Source: Trypethelium eluteriae (lineage: Eukaryota). Taken from it: a stretch of 64,000 nt of DNA. Location: contig JAVECL010000043.1 in the NCBI GenBank assembly GCA_051942245.1, positions 1 to 64,000 of the forward strand, given 5' to 3'. Positions 62,401 to 64,000 of the stretch are shown piece after piece (the first letter of the stretch is position 1; each line of letters starts with the position of its first letter). Below the pieces are notes generated by a model. It worked only from the letters and a program-made list of their open reading frames with translations. It made no database searches and was not told the DNA's origin. Both the position numbers and the translations under genes were made by a program.

Positions 62401-64000
62401 ACTTGAGGATAGGTGGGAAATGAATATGCGCGAAATGCATACAACAAGTGAGCTAATGCTATTCCTAGGCGCTGTCACTGCAGTTCCCATGCATCATCTT
62501 AGCTGCGCGTCATCGCCAGAGGCGGTGGCTCGAGTCAATGAGCCGCAGAGCGATACTTTTCGAACTTCCTTGTCCCTTCTGTACTGCGCGTCTCTGCGTT
62601 TAATGACAATCTGCAATGCAGAAGCAGTAGAAACGCATTCTGCACATGACAATACATTGGCAGTTTCGATCCAGTCAAGGCGACTTCGATCGCTGACATG
62701 GACCAGGAAAAGTCTGGTAGTCCCTCTGCACGAGAGACCCTGCTACATGCGAACCCACTTTATTGTCTCATCGTACCAAGAATCTCGGACGCTTGAAAGC
62801 CACATGGTATAGGATCGTATATATCTATTTCTCGGACGTTGTGTAATCCCAAGCGCAATGGCCAGATTACTTTCCTACCGCAAGATATCGGCCAAATGTG
62901 AGATCGTATCTCTGCTGTTGGTGTTCTTCTGTTGAGCGCCTGCGACCCAAATTTTCTGAAAGGTGTGGTGTGTGGCACAGGGCAGTGATTATGCCTACTC
63001 CCTAACCTATCAAGGGTAGTGAAGGCTGCATGTACTCCCGCATCCACTAGGTACAGTACCCCTGCACCCCACTTCGAGCGCCATGCCACGATCATTCAGA
63101 TGATTCACATCGTATCGCTTGACTGTTCAGCTTTTCGCCTGGAGCGGCTCAGCCCGTTCTGCGTCGCGGGAAGACACCGGATCATGACCGCACCGGTATG
63201 GTTTCAGAGGGAAATCATAGGACGGCTGCGGGGGCGGAAGGAAGCGGTTTGTCTAACGTAAGCTGCGGGGAGACGAGAGGCATTTACGAGGCCACAGAGG
63301 CAGCGGTTAAGGTGTTGTGGGCATGGATCGCCGGTTGAGGGTGTCGAGAGGTGTCAATCACTCAACTGGCCGTGAATTCCTCTGCTTGATACGGCACATT
63401 GGACAACCAGTCCTGGCTGATCAGACATTAGGGCGATAAAGGGGACCAAATTCTCGAATCCTGTCGGCAAACCCGAGAAGCAAGGGATTGGTGACGGCCT
63501 TTCCTCTCATCTTATTTGCTATGCTCTACAGTCAAACTCGATGTCACAAGCGACGAAACTGCATAGAAGGCAGCTGGGAACACAGTCGTTGTCTGTCATT
63601 GGTAGATAATCAAGGAGTGGCCGGCCCAACTACGTGGTTCGAGAGCAGTCTGCGAGTCGTCAAAGGGCCAGGGAAACACGGGTACGCAAGCGTTGCGCCT
63701 TCTCCAATGATCAGGGATTGTGAAAGGTCAAATCAAGAACGGCGGTCGATCCTCTCTCCGGATCCGTTCCGTGCCTCCCGTAGCCTGATTGCTCAGGGAA
63801 ATGACGCAGTCTGCAATCGCAAGCCTTCCCCCTGGTGAAATCTTTGACGATAGGTGGAGCTATGATATGATAGAGCTATTATTCTGTGGCTTGCAGATCG
63901 GAAAACTTTAAACTGTGTTACTGAAGTGCCAACGGGCTTGCGGGATCAATTCGAGAATAGGAAGTCTACAATGAATTGACAGCTAGTGGTGCCGTTGTGG

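Noticed and set aside
59600..64000. Several 60-160 aa ORFs at the right end of the window
   Set aside because: No domain motifs, no codon bias and no consistent splice structure.

Overview
Filamentous ascomycete (Pezizomycotina-type) genomic DNA with short spliceosomal introns (GT..CTRAC/CTAAY..YAG). Core genes: ORC4 (3' end runs off the window), a CUE-domain ERAD protein, a LaeA-like methyltransferase, a GDSL/CE16-like esterase, Rab-GDI, mitochondrial uL29m/MRPL4 head-to-head with NOT2, the carbon catabolite repressor creA, a GT90 glycosyltransferase, a beta-hydroxyacid dehydrogenase, a STEEP1/CXorf56-like protein, an intron-containing tRNA-Glu(CTC) and a Zn2Cys6 transcription factor. Two accessory patches stand out. 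(1) About 2.8-12 kb: a NACHT-ankyrin NLR-like gene, an apparently catalytically dead RNase T1-like secreted protein, and a secreted precursor with two homologous 6-Cys domains separated by LxxR-type processing sites. (2) About 39-49 kb: a cluster with no PKS/NRPS core. It holds a class III aminotransferase with a C-terminal Cys/His zinc-finger-like tail, an AsaB/CmcJ-like Fe/2OG-type oxygenase, a stand-alone glutamine-synthetase-like (probable gamma-glutamyl ligase) gene and a decayed OPT transporter, followed by a decayed NB-ARC gene. A gene-free stretch downstream of creA carries a dense cluster of CreA consensus sites and G-quadruplex motifs. All calls come from reading motifs by eye; no database searches were run.
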